From: Squalus acanthias
Lineage: Eukaryota
Direction of reading: 5' to 3'
Length of the DNA stretch: 64,000 nt
NCBI GenBank assembly: GCA_030390025.1
Contig: CM059433.1
Location: 13,022,001-13,086,000 of the forward strand
Shown here: piece by piece, positions 49,367 through 62,284 of the stretch
How the letters are laid out: the number at the start of each line of letters is the position of its first letter
How positions within the stretch are numbered: position 1 is the stretch's first letter
Program-made: the position numbers and the translations under genes
Notes under the pieces: model-generated
What the model was told of the DNA's origin: nothing
The model's input: the letters and a program-made list of their open reading frames with translations, nothing else
Database searches by the model: none

Positions 49367-50126
49367 GGCCCGTAATTTCCGATAGGAGGCTTCCTGCGTG
49401 CGGATGCCTCCTGTCGGAAAAGAATCTACGCACTTACCTGAGGGCTCCAGAGGTCTGGACACTTCCGCTCCTGGGCCTCTCCACGGTCGAAATGCGCAGG
49501 GCCCACTTATCCCAGGCAGTTCGCAAGCGTCCCTGGGATCACGTGGGCCATGGGGAGCCAATAGGAGAAGGGAATCTCCCATCATACTTTTGACAGATAG
49601 ACCTGTCAAATATATGAATGGAGATCACCCCAAAAACACAGTAAAACATTAAATAAATTTTTAAAAAACCATCACATTTTTAAAATGAGTTAAAATTACA
49701 ATAAATTAATTATTTTAAACAAAAATGTAATTTTTTGAAAAAAATAATTAAAAATTTTTACGGGACCTAAAATAAACTTACCTTTTTTAAAAAAAGTATT
49801 TTTAAATTATAAATCAGTGAAACATTTTTTTAAAACTTTTTTTCAACTCTTATGCTGGTAAAATTTTGCAGGCCTTACGCATGCTTTTACCAGGCATAAG
49901 ATTTCTAAGGGTTTTCAGCGGGCTGAGGTTCTGCAGAAAGCGGAACTCTCCACCCGCAGAGGCCCTTCTCCAGGGCAGGCGTCCGATCTGTCGAGGGCAT
50001 TCCTTACAGATCGGAAATGCCGGTTTTCAGCGCATGCGCTTCGCTTGCCTGAAACCGGCATTTCCGATGTCCCTACGGGTGCGTACACAGCGCGTACACA
50101 CCCGTAGGTATCGGAAAATAGGGGCC
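49367..50126. mobile_element. MITE family A, second copy, inverted relative to 6588-7359
   Basis: TIRs GGCCCGTAATTTCCGATA and TATCGGAAAATAGGGGCC. Confidence 0.88.
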
Positions 50127-50815
50127 AATATTTTCTCTCGTATCGTGTGAATTGTCTCCACATGGTGACTGGCCAAAATCTCAAAAATCCTCCAGGCAAA
50201 ACGCTCTTCAGCTTGGGCTGCCTGGGTTCCAGATGCTGCCACTTCTACCATTATGTCACAGACCTGGAATGAATCCATTCGAAGGAAAGCTTTTGGACTA
50301 TGTTGTCGGAAGCTGCTTAATTGGAGAATCAACCAATTTCCTGTGTGTGGTGTTTCTGCCAGAAAGATCATGAATGCAGCAAATCAGTGACCGTAGATTT
50401 GGCTAGGAGATTGAAATTTAAAAACATTGACATGTAATAAATTAAAACATCCATTGCATAGATTAGACTAGGGGGGTGTGTGTGTGTTTAAAAACTGTGA
50501 TACTGACCAGCCCTGCAAAGAATTGATGACCACTCAATGTGTACATCATAAGAACCTTGTATATCTCCCGAATAGTCTGAGCTTGTGTTTGGCCTGTGTG
50601 GCACAGCATGTGCTGTTCAACATCTGGCCTGACTGGAATGTCTGAAAGAATCAATTCACCATTTATCTTCAACAATTGTAACAACAGCAGCCCAATTAAA
50701 CAAAATGCACAGCAACTGACCCTCTTGCTCCCAGTCAGAGCCAGAGGTTCTCCCCCCACCCCCAAAAACAGGGTTTCTCTCCCTTTTCCTTCACTCCACC
50801 GTTGATCAATAGTTT

Positions 50816-51477
50816 GGGGGAAAAATTGGGTTGCTTTGCGTCTCCCGTTAGCGCCCCGGGGGGAGTGGGGGGGGGCGGCGCTAACTGGGCGCAAAGCCCC
50901 TAGTGCCGCTAACGCCTCTCGCGAAATTCAGCGGGAGGTTAGCGGCGGCGGTAGCCAGTAGCGCTCCGCGGCGATAACGTCATCGTCGTGTGCAGCGCCC
51001 CGGCCGCAAACTTCAGTTGCGCCCCCCCCCCGACCTACGTGATATGTCCGACAGGGTCAGGGTGGCGTTTTTGCAGCCGCGGCGGCGCAAATTAAAGGGC
51101 ACGTGCTGGGCGGCCATTTTTTTTGGGGGCTTGCCCCTGCCCCCTTTGTGCCAGCACCTGCCCCCTTTGTGCCAGCACCTGCCCCCTTTCGCTTCCTCAT
51201 GCGATCAGTCAGCCTGGCTCTCTTCTTAAGTGCCGGGCTGTTTTCCCGGCACACCGCTCCAGCAGGGCTCCGGTGTGCGCTGCGGTAGGCCCCTTCCCTT
51301 CAATCAGGGGAGGGAGGCCTGTAATATCGCGGCGCTACGTGCCGACGCACGTGACGCTGTTGCATGTAGCGCTGCGATATTGAATGGTAGCGCCCCAGGA
51401 AGGAGGGGGGGCGCTTCTCGTAGTGCCCCGCCTTCTGCTTGGGGCGCTACCACTCGGCGCGACCAAATTTTTCCCCC
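50816..51477. mobile_element. CpG-rich MITE (Harbinger-like)
   Basis: TIRs GGGGGAAAAATTGGGTTGC and GCGACCAAATTTTTCCCCC, TTT on both sides, and an internal ~21-bp tandem CCCCTTTGTGCCAGCACCTGC. Confidence 0.88.
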
Positions 51478-54400
51478 TTTGTCTCTTTAGTTGCCTCTTC
51501 CCCATTGCCACCAACAGATTTTCTCTCCACCCCCTTCAACAAGGTACTTATCACATCCTTAACCCCTCCCTCCCCACAACTCAACAGGGGGGGGGTCACT
51601 CACTTTTAGTTTTTCATTTCTCACCCCCATCCAACAGGGTTTGTCTCTGTGCGTGTATTTTTAATTTCTCTTTTCCCTCCTTCCTTCCTTGCCCTCTCTC
51701 GTGCGTGTGCGTGTGTGTGTGCGTGCGTGGCCATTTCCATTCTCGGGGCAGTCGCTCCAGTGAAATAAATATTTGGCTGGTTGTTCATTCGAAATGGATC
51801 CTTGCAAATATTGCTAAGTTGTTGGTTATGTAAAGGAGGAAGTGGGTTATTTTCCGCACTTGTTGGGTCCTGAGAATTGTAACTATTTACGTCAGAGGCA
51901 GATGGAATTCTCGGCTCTTGTGCCCGAGATAAGATTTCTGCACAATTGCATGTTGTTTGTTATATGCGTGTCCTTTCGATAAGTGCCACTTGAGGGATTG
52001 CATGATTAAATTAGGTCTCATGGTGTGGGGGTGAATTGAGAAGTTGGATAACAAATTCGCTGAGGGACTGTAAACAAACTGACATTTTCCATGGTAGCAG
52101 AAGTCTAGGAAATTACCAGTGCGCTATCCTTTACAAAATGGTCAGTAGTATGATTATAGAAATTTATAGGCCCATTAACTTGACATCTATATATATGTTT
52201 GAGTCTGTTGTAAAGGAAGCAGTTGAAGAGCACTTAACAAGTAATAAATTCAAGCTGATGTGGCTTTAGGAAGGGCAGGTCCCGGGAGCCTGACAAATTT
52301 ATTGGCATTCCTCGAGGATGCAATCTGGAAAATTCAGATATATAATTAAGCAAGATGCTGATTTTCACTTTTAGTGGAAAATGGGAGGGAATTGCAGAAT
52401 GCAAGACTGGTAAAATCCTCGGATGCCATGTAATTTGACCACATCGGTCACCATAAACCAGTGGCCTGGATGGTCTCAAAAGAAAGAGACAAAAATCTTG
52501 CATTTATATAGTGCGTTTCATGAGCTCAGAATGTCTCAACGTGCTCTCGGAGCCAATGAAGTACAAAAAGTTCTCTTAAAGTGGGATAGAGAAAAAATAA
52601 AATCAATCTAATAATAAATTTGCTGAAGAATAAGAAACGAAAGGGCTCCGCAAGTTTTCTGTGTATCCTGTATCGTGGTTGTAATAAGAAATAGGCCATC
52701 CCAGGGATCAGGAATTGTGTCAAACAAGTGGACAATGACCCAGAAGCCACCACCAGGTCTGTCCTTCGGCACAATGCATATATAAATAAAAGTTTTTATA
52801 AGTCCTTTGGCATCGAAATGTACGTTGGTGCTTGACCGTTGGATACAGCGGGGGCCTGTACAATTTAAAACAAAATTCAACTTCCAGTGGGGTACAGCTT
52901 GAACTAAGGAAACCGTTAGACAAAACTGCAGTTTTGCACTTCCTGACTGGGCCTTCTGCTTCTGTTACCCTCTGCAGATAATTGCTTTGGCCTCGATAGC
53001 TTTGGGGTGGGTAGAGCGTGGTTGGGGGTTGGTAATCGCTTGGGTGGTGGGGGGGGGGGGATCGAGATCACAGGTCGTGGGGGGAGATTGTGGAGGCAGG
53101 TGGGGAGTGTTTTTCAGGGTTAGCTTGTTGGGCCTGGAGGAAACACTCCTGCTGCTCCTTACCCACAAGCATTGCTGAAAAAGGCACTTACCTTAAGGAT
53201 CCAGCCCGTCTCACCTCCTTCCCTGCCGGGTTTCCCGAGGCCCGGGCAACCCGGCCGACTATAGTTAGAAATAGAAACCTGGTTAAATTGGAGGCATGCA
53301 GCATCCTTAAAAAGGTTTCAACGACCGACCCGCCTCCTGAGAGCAGGATTGGTTGCCCGCCTCCGTTAAAACTGGAAGTGGGCGTGTTCAAGGCGCATTT
53401 TGCCCAACCCCTCCCCGACAAATGGTCTCGTACACTAGCCTCCCGCTCCCAACGGAAGGCGCCTGAGCCCACCAGCAATGCTTCAGCTGCCTGCTCTTTT
53501 CCAAACTTCTGCCAACTTCCCCTCGATCCTATATCCCATTCTCTTGCTGGCTTGCACATCTCCTGCAATGCATGGTCTTCAAAGTCTGGTACTCAGATAC
53601 TGCTCAAATGTGAATAAAGGGATTTCCTACTCTATATAATTTCAGTCAATGCTTTCCACAGTGGTCAGACATTGAAATTATCCGTTAACGTGAAACGGGT
53701 AAAATCGACATCTCAGCTGAAGAGTATACTTGATCACAGTATGATACTGAAGGGACGCACCTTCACGAGTGAAATGCCCAAGAAGGTGTTTCGCTGCAAA
53801 GTCCCTTTATGTCCGCGAGCGATGGATTTTATTGTGAAATATTTTGCGAAGTATATTGTAAGTTGGTGGCTATTCTGGAGAGAAGGCTACAATTTAGGAG
53901 GCTGAACTGGCAGGTTAATGGGCTATTGGTATGTTAACGGCAAGTGACATTGACACTGGGAAAGCCGAATACAGGAAGAATGCAACCATTAAATGAGCTA
54001 TAATTAAATGTTGATAGCGTTTCCACTGAATGTTAATGATTACAAAAGCAAATAAAATTGCTAGAGTTTATAATTTGATCTGTCGCACAAAAGTCCAAGT
54101 ACAAGGTTGTGACATTAATGTGCTGTCTCGCTGTCTAGTTTTGGTGACTTGTACTTAACGTGTAAGGCAGTCATTACATGGGGATTCAGGGAAGTGTAAC
54201 AAAGATGGCTCCATATTTTACATTGGTGAGGTACAAATTAAAAAAAAACCCTCTCTGTTCTAATCGGAAAAGTAAACGAAAGGGGATATTATATAAGCGT
54301 TTAAATAAAAAAATATATTGATAAAGCAGATTTAATGAGATATTTCATGGGAGACTGGAGAACATGGTTTATAAATGAAAGAAAACCCACCTACAGGCAA

Positions 54401-54786
54401 CTTGCACTGTTTATACTTGCCGAGCTGGTGTTGGGACATGTTGAGCAGCACACCTCCTCACTCGTGCTAAGCTTACTTGCTGCAAGCAATTGCCCTTTCT
54501 GATGTTCTCCCAAATGTAAATGGATGTATTTGCCGTATCATTACACATTCACAGTCTGCAGGAAATGAGAGAATCCAGTCCGTGCAGTGAGCATAGCCAA
54601 GCTGTGTATATCTTGGGCCGAGACTTTCAACCGCTCCTCTCTTTCTCTCCCCCCTGCAATGTTTGTCTGATCTGGACATGGGGAGGCAGAGAACAACTTT
54701 GGGACATGCTCTGCTGTGTCCCTACTTTCCAGTTGCTTTCCGGCTGGTTGTGGGATACTGCCCATCCCTATACACATGCCAAAATA

Positions 54787-55165
54787 CTTCTCTTCTTGGG
54801 CAATCCCTCGGAACCGAGGATGACTTGCTTCTACATTAAAAATGAGTTCTCAGGTGACTGATGAGTCCAATGCGGGACCTACAGTCTCTGTCACAGGTGG
54901 GGCAGACGGTGGTTGAAGGGGCGGGTGGGTGGGGTGCTTGGGTTGACGCGCGCTCCTTCCGCTGTTTGCGCTTGGCTTCTGCTTGCTCCCGGCGAAGAGA
55001 CTCGAGGTGTTCGGCGCCTTCCCGGATGCTTCTCTTCCACTTTGTGCGGTCTTGGGCCAGGATTCCCAGGTGTCGGTGGGGATGTTGCACTTTTTCAAGG
55101 AGGCTTTGAGGGTGCCCTTGAAGCATTTCCTCTGCCCACCTGGGGCTCTCTTGCCGTGTCGGAGC
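54787..55165 (-). mobile_element. RTE-clade (BovB-like) LINE 3' fragment
   Basis: GGQRKCFKGTLKASLKKCNI...CPTCDRDCRSRIGLISHLRTH (C2H2-like end). Imperfect TSD TATA(C/A)ACATGCCAAA(A)TAC. Confidence 0.9.
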
Positions 55166-56207
55166 ATATATAAACATGCCAAATACATACAGGTGATGGA
55201 AGTGCTGCTTCAGCCATGTTTGCTACCATTTGCAATCTTCATAAAGCCGCACACGGGGTCACCTGTTGGGCCCTGGTGTCTAGTGTTGAGATTGGTAGGG
55301 AGGTTGTCAGGACAGAACTTGAAGAGGGGCCTGTGTATGTTCTGTTGTAGCATGGCTCTACATAGGCCCCCATCGTATAAAAGAGAGCTTTTAAAGCAAA
55401 TGTTTTCCTGAATGGGGAACACATTAGCCACCTTTCTCTTTCACCCCCCCACTGCAACAGGTCCCCGAAGCAAGTCTCTGCCCCCATATTGGTGTGACTC
55501 CCTGAGCAGCCTATCTACTGCATTATTCTTTGTGGAGGGGGGGAAATACAGCTAGGGTCAGTGGGGGCGGGGAAATTTGGGGGGGGGGGGCAGATGGAAG
55601 TCCCACCCTGTTGGAGATGCGGCACAGTGGGGGGGAATGCCTTTGGGACTCGAGGGACAGATCTGTGCAGGGTTGGCAGAGAAAGTTTTAAGGAAGTTGT
55701 TGATTTCCAGCATCCGCAGTATTTGTCTTTAATTCACTAGCACTTGTAACTGGAAAATGGGAGACTATTTAACATGACCTGCTAAAATTAGGAGTGTTTA
55801 AAATAACATTTGCAAATAAATGTTATCTGTAATTGAAGATTGCAGTCTCACTATTTTATGACTTCCATGGTAGTAGTTTATTGATGTTGCTGCAGTTAAA
55901 CTTGCATCATATTGTTTACTTAACTATAATGTAAATTATCAAATTGAGCATGATATTGTTTAGATGAACAGATCCTGTGAACAGAGCAATTTCTAAGATT
56001 TCTGGTTTAGTTCACCAGAGAATGCTGATTCTTTCGATGATCAATCTAAACATATGAAATCTTGCATATACCTCTTGTAAGTGTGACGCCTGTTTACTGT
56101 CAGCCCCGTTGTTTCTTGTCCCTGACTTATTCTTCCCACATAACTCACTCCTCGGGTGATCCTTTTGCCCGTGTCTCCCAACTTGATGCTATATCTACTC
56201 TCTCCCT

Positions 56208-56615
56208 GCCAGGGGCATAATCTTAGAATAAGGGGCTGCTCTTTCAAAACTGAGATGAGGAGAAACTTCTTCACTCAGAGGGTCGTAGGTCTGTGGAATT
56301 TGCTGCCCCAGGAAGCTGTGGAAGCTACATCATTAAATAAATTTAAAACAGAAATAGACAGTTTCCTAGAAGTAAAGGGAATTAGGGGTTACGGGGAGCG
56401 GGCAGGAAATTGGACATGAGGCTGAGTTCGGATCGGTCAAGGCCCTGTGGGTGGCGGAGCGGGCCCAGGGGCTGAGTGGCCGGGTCCTGCTCCTACTTCT
56501 TGTGTTCTTTAGATTTGAGGTTAGGATCAGATCAGCCATGATCTTATTGAATGGCGGAGCAGGCTCGAGGGGCCGATTGGCCTACTCCTGCTCCTATTTC
56601 TTATGTTCTTATGTT
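56208..56615 (+). mobile_element. CR1 3' fragment with two tandem 3' tails
   Basis: GHNLRIRGCSFKTEMRRNFFTQRV. Tails CTCCTACTTCTTGTGTTC (~56508) and CTCCTATTTCTTATGTTCTTATGTTC (~56616). Confidence 0.88.
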
Positions 56616-57007
56616 CTCCCCAGTCTAGCAGGCCCTAGAGTATGGTAAATTTTTAATTACTTTTACAGCTTTTTCTAATTTTGTTCTGCACCCACTCCCT
56701 GCTCCTGACTGCTGCTTCCTTGGCCTCTCTCCCTTCAGCCTCTCTGCTGCTCCCTGCTCCACCTCACTCCAATTCCCTCCTCTGTGTCCCTCTTAAGCTG
56801 TACCCCAAGCTTTCAAGTAATATGAGATAAAGCAAAACATCATGATCAAAGCCACTGATTTTCACAAAATGGAAACAATTGGAGAATTACATTTCCAAAA
56901 TCCCATAAGACCATCTCGTAAAAATCCAGATTTCACTTATTTACTCGAGCTAAATTAGCAGCACTGATGCGAGATTCTACATTGCATTACATTACATAAC
57001 ACCTTTA

Positions 57008-57410
57008 TTCAAGTCCCACTCCAGGGACTTGAGCACATAAAGCTAGGCTGACACTCCCAGTGCGGTGCTGAGGGAGCGCTGCACTGTCGGAGGTGCCGTC
57101 TTTTGGATGAGACGTTAAACCGAGGCCCCGTCTGCTCTCTCAGGTGGACGTAAAAGATCCCCATGGCCACTATTTTGAAGAAGAGTAGGGGAGTTATCCC
57201 CGGTGTCCTGGCCAATATTTATCCCTCAACCAACATAACAAAAACAGATTATCTGGTCATTATCACATTGCTGTTTGTGGGAGCTTGCTGTGCGCAAATT
57301 GGCTGCCGCGTTACCCACATTACAACAGTGACTTCCACTTCCAAAGTACTTCATTGGCTGTAAAGCGCTTTGAGACGTCCGGTGGTCGTGAAAGGCGCTA
57401 TATAAATGCT
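57008..57410 (+). mobile_element. Deu-domain SINE, 5'-truncated
   Basis: Matches the 22165 copy from the B box onward. Confidence 0.9.
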
Positions 57411-58337
57411 ATTTAATCCTGGGCTCTGATCTACAGTCTCTCGAGCAAGTAATCTTAAAATACCTTCTGAGCTGCCGGCTGAAACTAACAAATATATTTT
57501 GAATCTCAAAATTCACTGAAAAGGCAACAATTAAACTCTGAATGACCTGAAGTTCTGTTTAGTTAATAGTTAGACTTCCTGGCCTTTAAGGGACATGGTT
57601 CCACCCTGTCAATTGAGTAATACATTATGCACTACATAGTATAACACTCCTGTCCTCATAAAATAAAGTATCTTCTGACTCAAGGCAAGCAGTGCAACAG
57701 GAGATATGTGAGCAAAAACATTTAAAAAAAAAAGAAACCCAATATTTTCCGGCTGCATTTGAGATATCTGGGCCTGGGGAATTGAGCAGATCCTAATCTA
57801 TTTGAAAACTTCAAACAACAACAATAATTAGCCTATGATTGACTTCAGGATCTTTTTGATGTCTTTTCCACATGGCCTGCCAGAGCAACAGCCTCAAAGA
57901 GACAAACCAGGTTAACAATTAAGTATCATGACTGTGCTCCCAGACCCCAGATGACTCATGGGCAACGTCACAGAAGATCAGCTTGTACAACTGTAATGTA
58001 TTATAAATCATAAATCTGCGCGTACTTCCTGTCAGTGTTTTACAGTCTAGATTCTATGCCCACATTTATAATCAAAAAGTTGATCTAAATTGCCACACTA
58101 CAATTACACCCTCCCACCAGTCGTGACAATGTAGCATCTCTATTTCCCCACTCTCCCTTCCCCCCAGCTCCTCGGCCTGTACTGCAGGGAAACTCCTCTG
58201 CTGCAACCAAATCTACTTCTCTGATTCTCAAATCAAAATTGTTGCACATTTTGTTATTCAATAACATATAATATAAAATCCACATATTATATAAAAAATA
58301 AGGGCAGAACGCATGTCTTTCAAATGGGGAATGAATT

Positions 58338-58968
58338 ACATAAGAACATAAGAAATAGGAGCAGGAGTAAGACATTTGGCCCCGTGAGCCTGCTCTGCCA
58401 TTCAATGAGATAATGGCTGATCTTCTACCTCATCTCCACTTTCCTGCACTATCCCCATTTCCCTTGATTCCCTTAATATTCAAAAATCTATCGATCTGTG
58501 TCTTGAATATACTCAACGACTGAGCCTCCACAGCCCTCTGGGGTAGAGAATTCTAAAGATTCACCACCCTCTGAGTGAAGAAATTTCTCCTCATCTCAGT
58601 CCTAAATGGCCAACCCCTTATTCTGAGACTGTGACCCCTGGTTCTAGACTCCCCAGCCAGGTGAAACATCCTCCCTGCATCTACCCTGTCGAGCCCTGTA
58701 AGAATTTTGTATGTTTCAATGAGATCACCTCTCATTCTTCTAAACTCTAGAGAATATAGGCCTAGTCTACTCAGTCTGTCCTCATAGGACAATCCCCCCC
58801 ATCCCATGAACCAGTCTGGTGAACCTTCGTTGCACTCCCTCTATGGCAAGTATATCCTTCCTTGAGTAAGGAGACCAAAACTGTACACAATACTCCAGGT
58901 GTGGTCTCACCAGGGTCCTATATAATTGCAGTAAGACATCTTTACTCTTATACTCAAATCCTCTTGTA
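58338..58968 (-). mobile_element. CR1 3' fragment
   Basis: ORF 58553-58807 and a (CATAAGAA)n tail. Confidence 0.92.
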
Positions 58969-59332
58969 TGCCTATTTATGCCTATACATCCTGGTTCAAT
59001 TATCTCTTGCCTTTTAACCCTGCCACACTATGGGAGATTGACCAGTGTTTCATAACCAGCTTAACTATAAGATTAAGACGTGCTAGAAATTAGTGGATTA
59101 ATGGTATTCCTAAAAACGGTATGGACGTATTTGAAACATGTTCAAACTACTCCTATTCTATCCAAAACCTCAATGTGAGCACACTGTACAGTGGCTGTAT
59201 GTCCATAACTACTGGTTACAGTGGAGTGGTGAAGATACATACATAGATACATAGAAGATAGGAGCAGGAGTAGGCCATCCGGCCCTTCGAGCCTGCTCCG
59301 CCATTTAATGAGATCATGGCTGATCCTCCAAT

Positions 59333-62284
59333 TCAGTATCCCGTCCCCGCCTTCTCTCTGTAACCCTTAACCCCTTTTGCCTGTAGAAATATATCTAATT
59401 CCCTCTTAAATATATTTAATGAGCTGGCGTACACTGCCCTCTGTGGCAATGAGTTCCACAGGTTCACCACCCTCTGAGTGAAGAAATTCCCCCTCATTTC
59501 TGTCCTAAATGGTTTAGCCCTTATCCTTAAATTATGTCCTCTAGTTCTGTTCTCACCCGCCAAGGGAAACATTCCTTCTGCATCTAGTCTGTCTAGACCT
59601 GTCAGAATTTTATACACTTCTATGAGGTCCCCTCTCAATCTTCTAAACTCCAGTGTGTACATCCCTAAACTACATAGTCTCTCCTCATAGGTCAATCCCG
59701 CCATTCCTGGTATCAGCCTGGTGAATCGCCGCTGCACCCCCTCCATGGCAAGAACATCTTTCCTCAGATGAGGCGACCAAAACTGTACACAGTACTCGAG
59801 GTGTGGTCTCACCAGTGCCCTGTACAGCTGCAGCAAGGTATCCCTGTTCCTGTATTCCAACCCTTTTGCTATGAAGGCCAGCATACCGTTTGCCTTCTTG
59901 ACCGCCTGTTGCACCTGCATGCTCGCCTTCAGTGACTGGTGTACAAGAACACCCAGGTCTCTCTGTACTTCCCCCTCTCCCAATTTATTGCCATTTAAAT
60001 AATAATTTGCCCTCCCGTTCCTGCACCCAAGGTGGATAACTTCGCACTTGTCCACATTATAGTGCATCTGCCATTTAACCGCCCAATCACCCAGTCTGTC
60101 CAAATCGCTCTGGAGCTTCCTGGTTTCCTCCTCTGAGCCCACCCCCCCTCCTAGTTTAGTGTCGTCTGCAAATTTGGAAATGCTGCATCCAACTCCCTGA
60201 TCCAGGTCATTAATGTAAATTGTGAACAGCTGGGGACCCAGGACAGATCCCTGTGGTACCCCACTTGTTACTGCCTGCCATTCAGAAAATGAGCCGTTTA
60301 TTCCAACTCTCTATTTTCTATCTGACAGCCAGTTCTCTATCCACGTCAATACTTTCCCCTTTATCCCATGAGCTTCAATTTTCCATGCTAATCTTTTATG
60401 TGGGACCTTGTCGAAGGCCTTTTGGAAGTCCAGGTACACCACATCTACTGGCTCTCCCCCATCTATTTTACCAGTTACTCCCTCAAAAAATTCTAATAGA
60501 TTAGTCAAGCACGATTTACCCTTTGTAAATCCATGTTGACTCTGTCCTATCCTGTCCCCATTTGCTAAGTGCTCCGCTATTTCATCCTTAATGATGGACT
60601 CCAGCATTTTGCCCACAACTGATGTAAGGCTTACAGGTCTGTAATTACCTGCTTTTTCCCTACCCCCCTTTTTGAATAGTGGGGTAACGTTAGCTACCCT
60701 CCAATCCATGGGCACTGTTCCCGAGTCTAATGAATTCTGAAAAATCATACTTAGTGCATCCGCTATCTCTAGGGCCACCTCCTTCAGTACCCTAGGATGC
60801 ATGTTATCAGGCCCTGGGGATTTGTCTGCCTTCAATCCCTTTAGCTTCCTTAACACCATATCCTTAGAGATATTGATTTGCGTCAGTTCCTCCTTTGCCA
60901 ATGTCCCTATTTTTCCCGATATCCCAGGGAGGTTTTTTGTGTCTTCCTTCGTAAAGACTGACCCAAAGTATGCATTTAGTTGGTCTGCCATTTCCTTATT
61001 TCCCGTTATATATTCCCCTGTATCTGACTGCAATGGACCAACTTTGGTTTTCACCAGTCTTTTCCTCTTGATATACTTATAAAAGCTTTTGGAGTTAGTT
61101 TTTATATTTTCCGCCAGCTTGCTTTCGTAAGCTATTTTGCCCCTCTTGATTAAGCCCTTTGTCCTCCTTTGCTCTATCTTAAACTGTTCCCAATCTTCCG
61201 CTCTGGCGCTTTTTTTGGCTATTTTATACGCCCTATCTTTGGATTTTATGCTGTCTCTAATTTCCCCTGTTATCCACGGTTGAGTCACCTTTTTAGATTT
61301 CCTTTTATGCCAGATTGGTATAAACAATTTTTGCAATTTTGTCATTCTATCTTTAAATGCTTGCCATTGTTTATCTACCTCCAGTCCTCCCAGGAACGTT
61401 GTCCAATCAGACCTACTGAGTTCCCGTCTAATGGCATCATAATTCCCCTTGTTTAAATTCAGGACCTTAGTCTCTGAGTCAATTTCTTCGCTCTCCATTT
61501 CGAGTGAGAAATCGATCATGTTATGATCGCTCTGACCCAAGGGTCCCCGTACAACAAGATTACTAATTAGTCCCTTCTCATTGCACAGTACCCAGTCCAA
61601 TATAGCCTGTTCCCGAGTTGGTTCCTCGACATATTGATCCAGATAACCATCCCTTAAACACTCAAGGAATTCCTCCTCCTCATTATTTTTACTGATTAGG
61701 CTAGTCCAATCTATATGTAAGTTAAAGTCACCTATGATGACAGCTGTGCTCTTATTGTACGCTTCTCTAATTTCCCTCGTGATGCCCTCCCCAACCTCTA
61801 TTTTACTATTTGGAGGCCTATATACCACTCCGATTAATGTTTTTCGCCCCTCGCTATTTCTTAGCTCCACCCATATAGATTCTGTATTAACTGAGTTAAT
61901 ATCCTTCCTTTCAATTGCATTTATCCCCTCTTTTACCAGCAATGCTACCCCTCCTCCCTTTCTTTTTTGTCGATCCTTCCTAAATACTGAATACCCCTGT
62001 ATGTTAAGCTCCCAGCCCTGCTCACCCTGCAACCATGTTTCCGTAATCCCAATTAGATCATAATTATTAACCTCTATTTCCACAGCTAATTCATCTACCT
62101 TGTTCCTGATGCTTCTCGCATTAAGGTATAAAACCCTCAGGCTTTTTTTATGCTCACATTTTTTATGAATTAGTTTGGCCCTTTGTTTTTTGTTCCTCAC
62201 CCGTTTACCATTTATTTCTGTCTGCCTTTCACTTTCCTCTATTTCACTACATAGGTTTCTAGCCCCCTGCCATACTAGTTTAAA
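59333..62284 (-). pseudogene. CR1 ORF2 (APE endonuclease plus reverse transcriptase) with one premature TAG at 60311-60313
   Basis: ORFs 60311-62200 and 59333-60142 are in the same frame. The bridge reads DRK*RVGINGSFSEW...GVPQGSVLGP...KFADDTK. APE motifs YLNARS, ITETW, GDFN and SDH are present. Confidence 0.93.

Noticed and set aside
6588..50126. Inverted MITE A copies as the ends of a 43-kb composite transposon carrying PXDN exon 1
   Set aside because: Each copy has its own pair of TIRs, the copies are diverged, and there is no shared outer TSD. Independent insertions are simpler.
53090..53617. 175-aa ORF
   Set aside because: It spans MITE-like and old CR1-like fragments with no recognisable domain or splice context.
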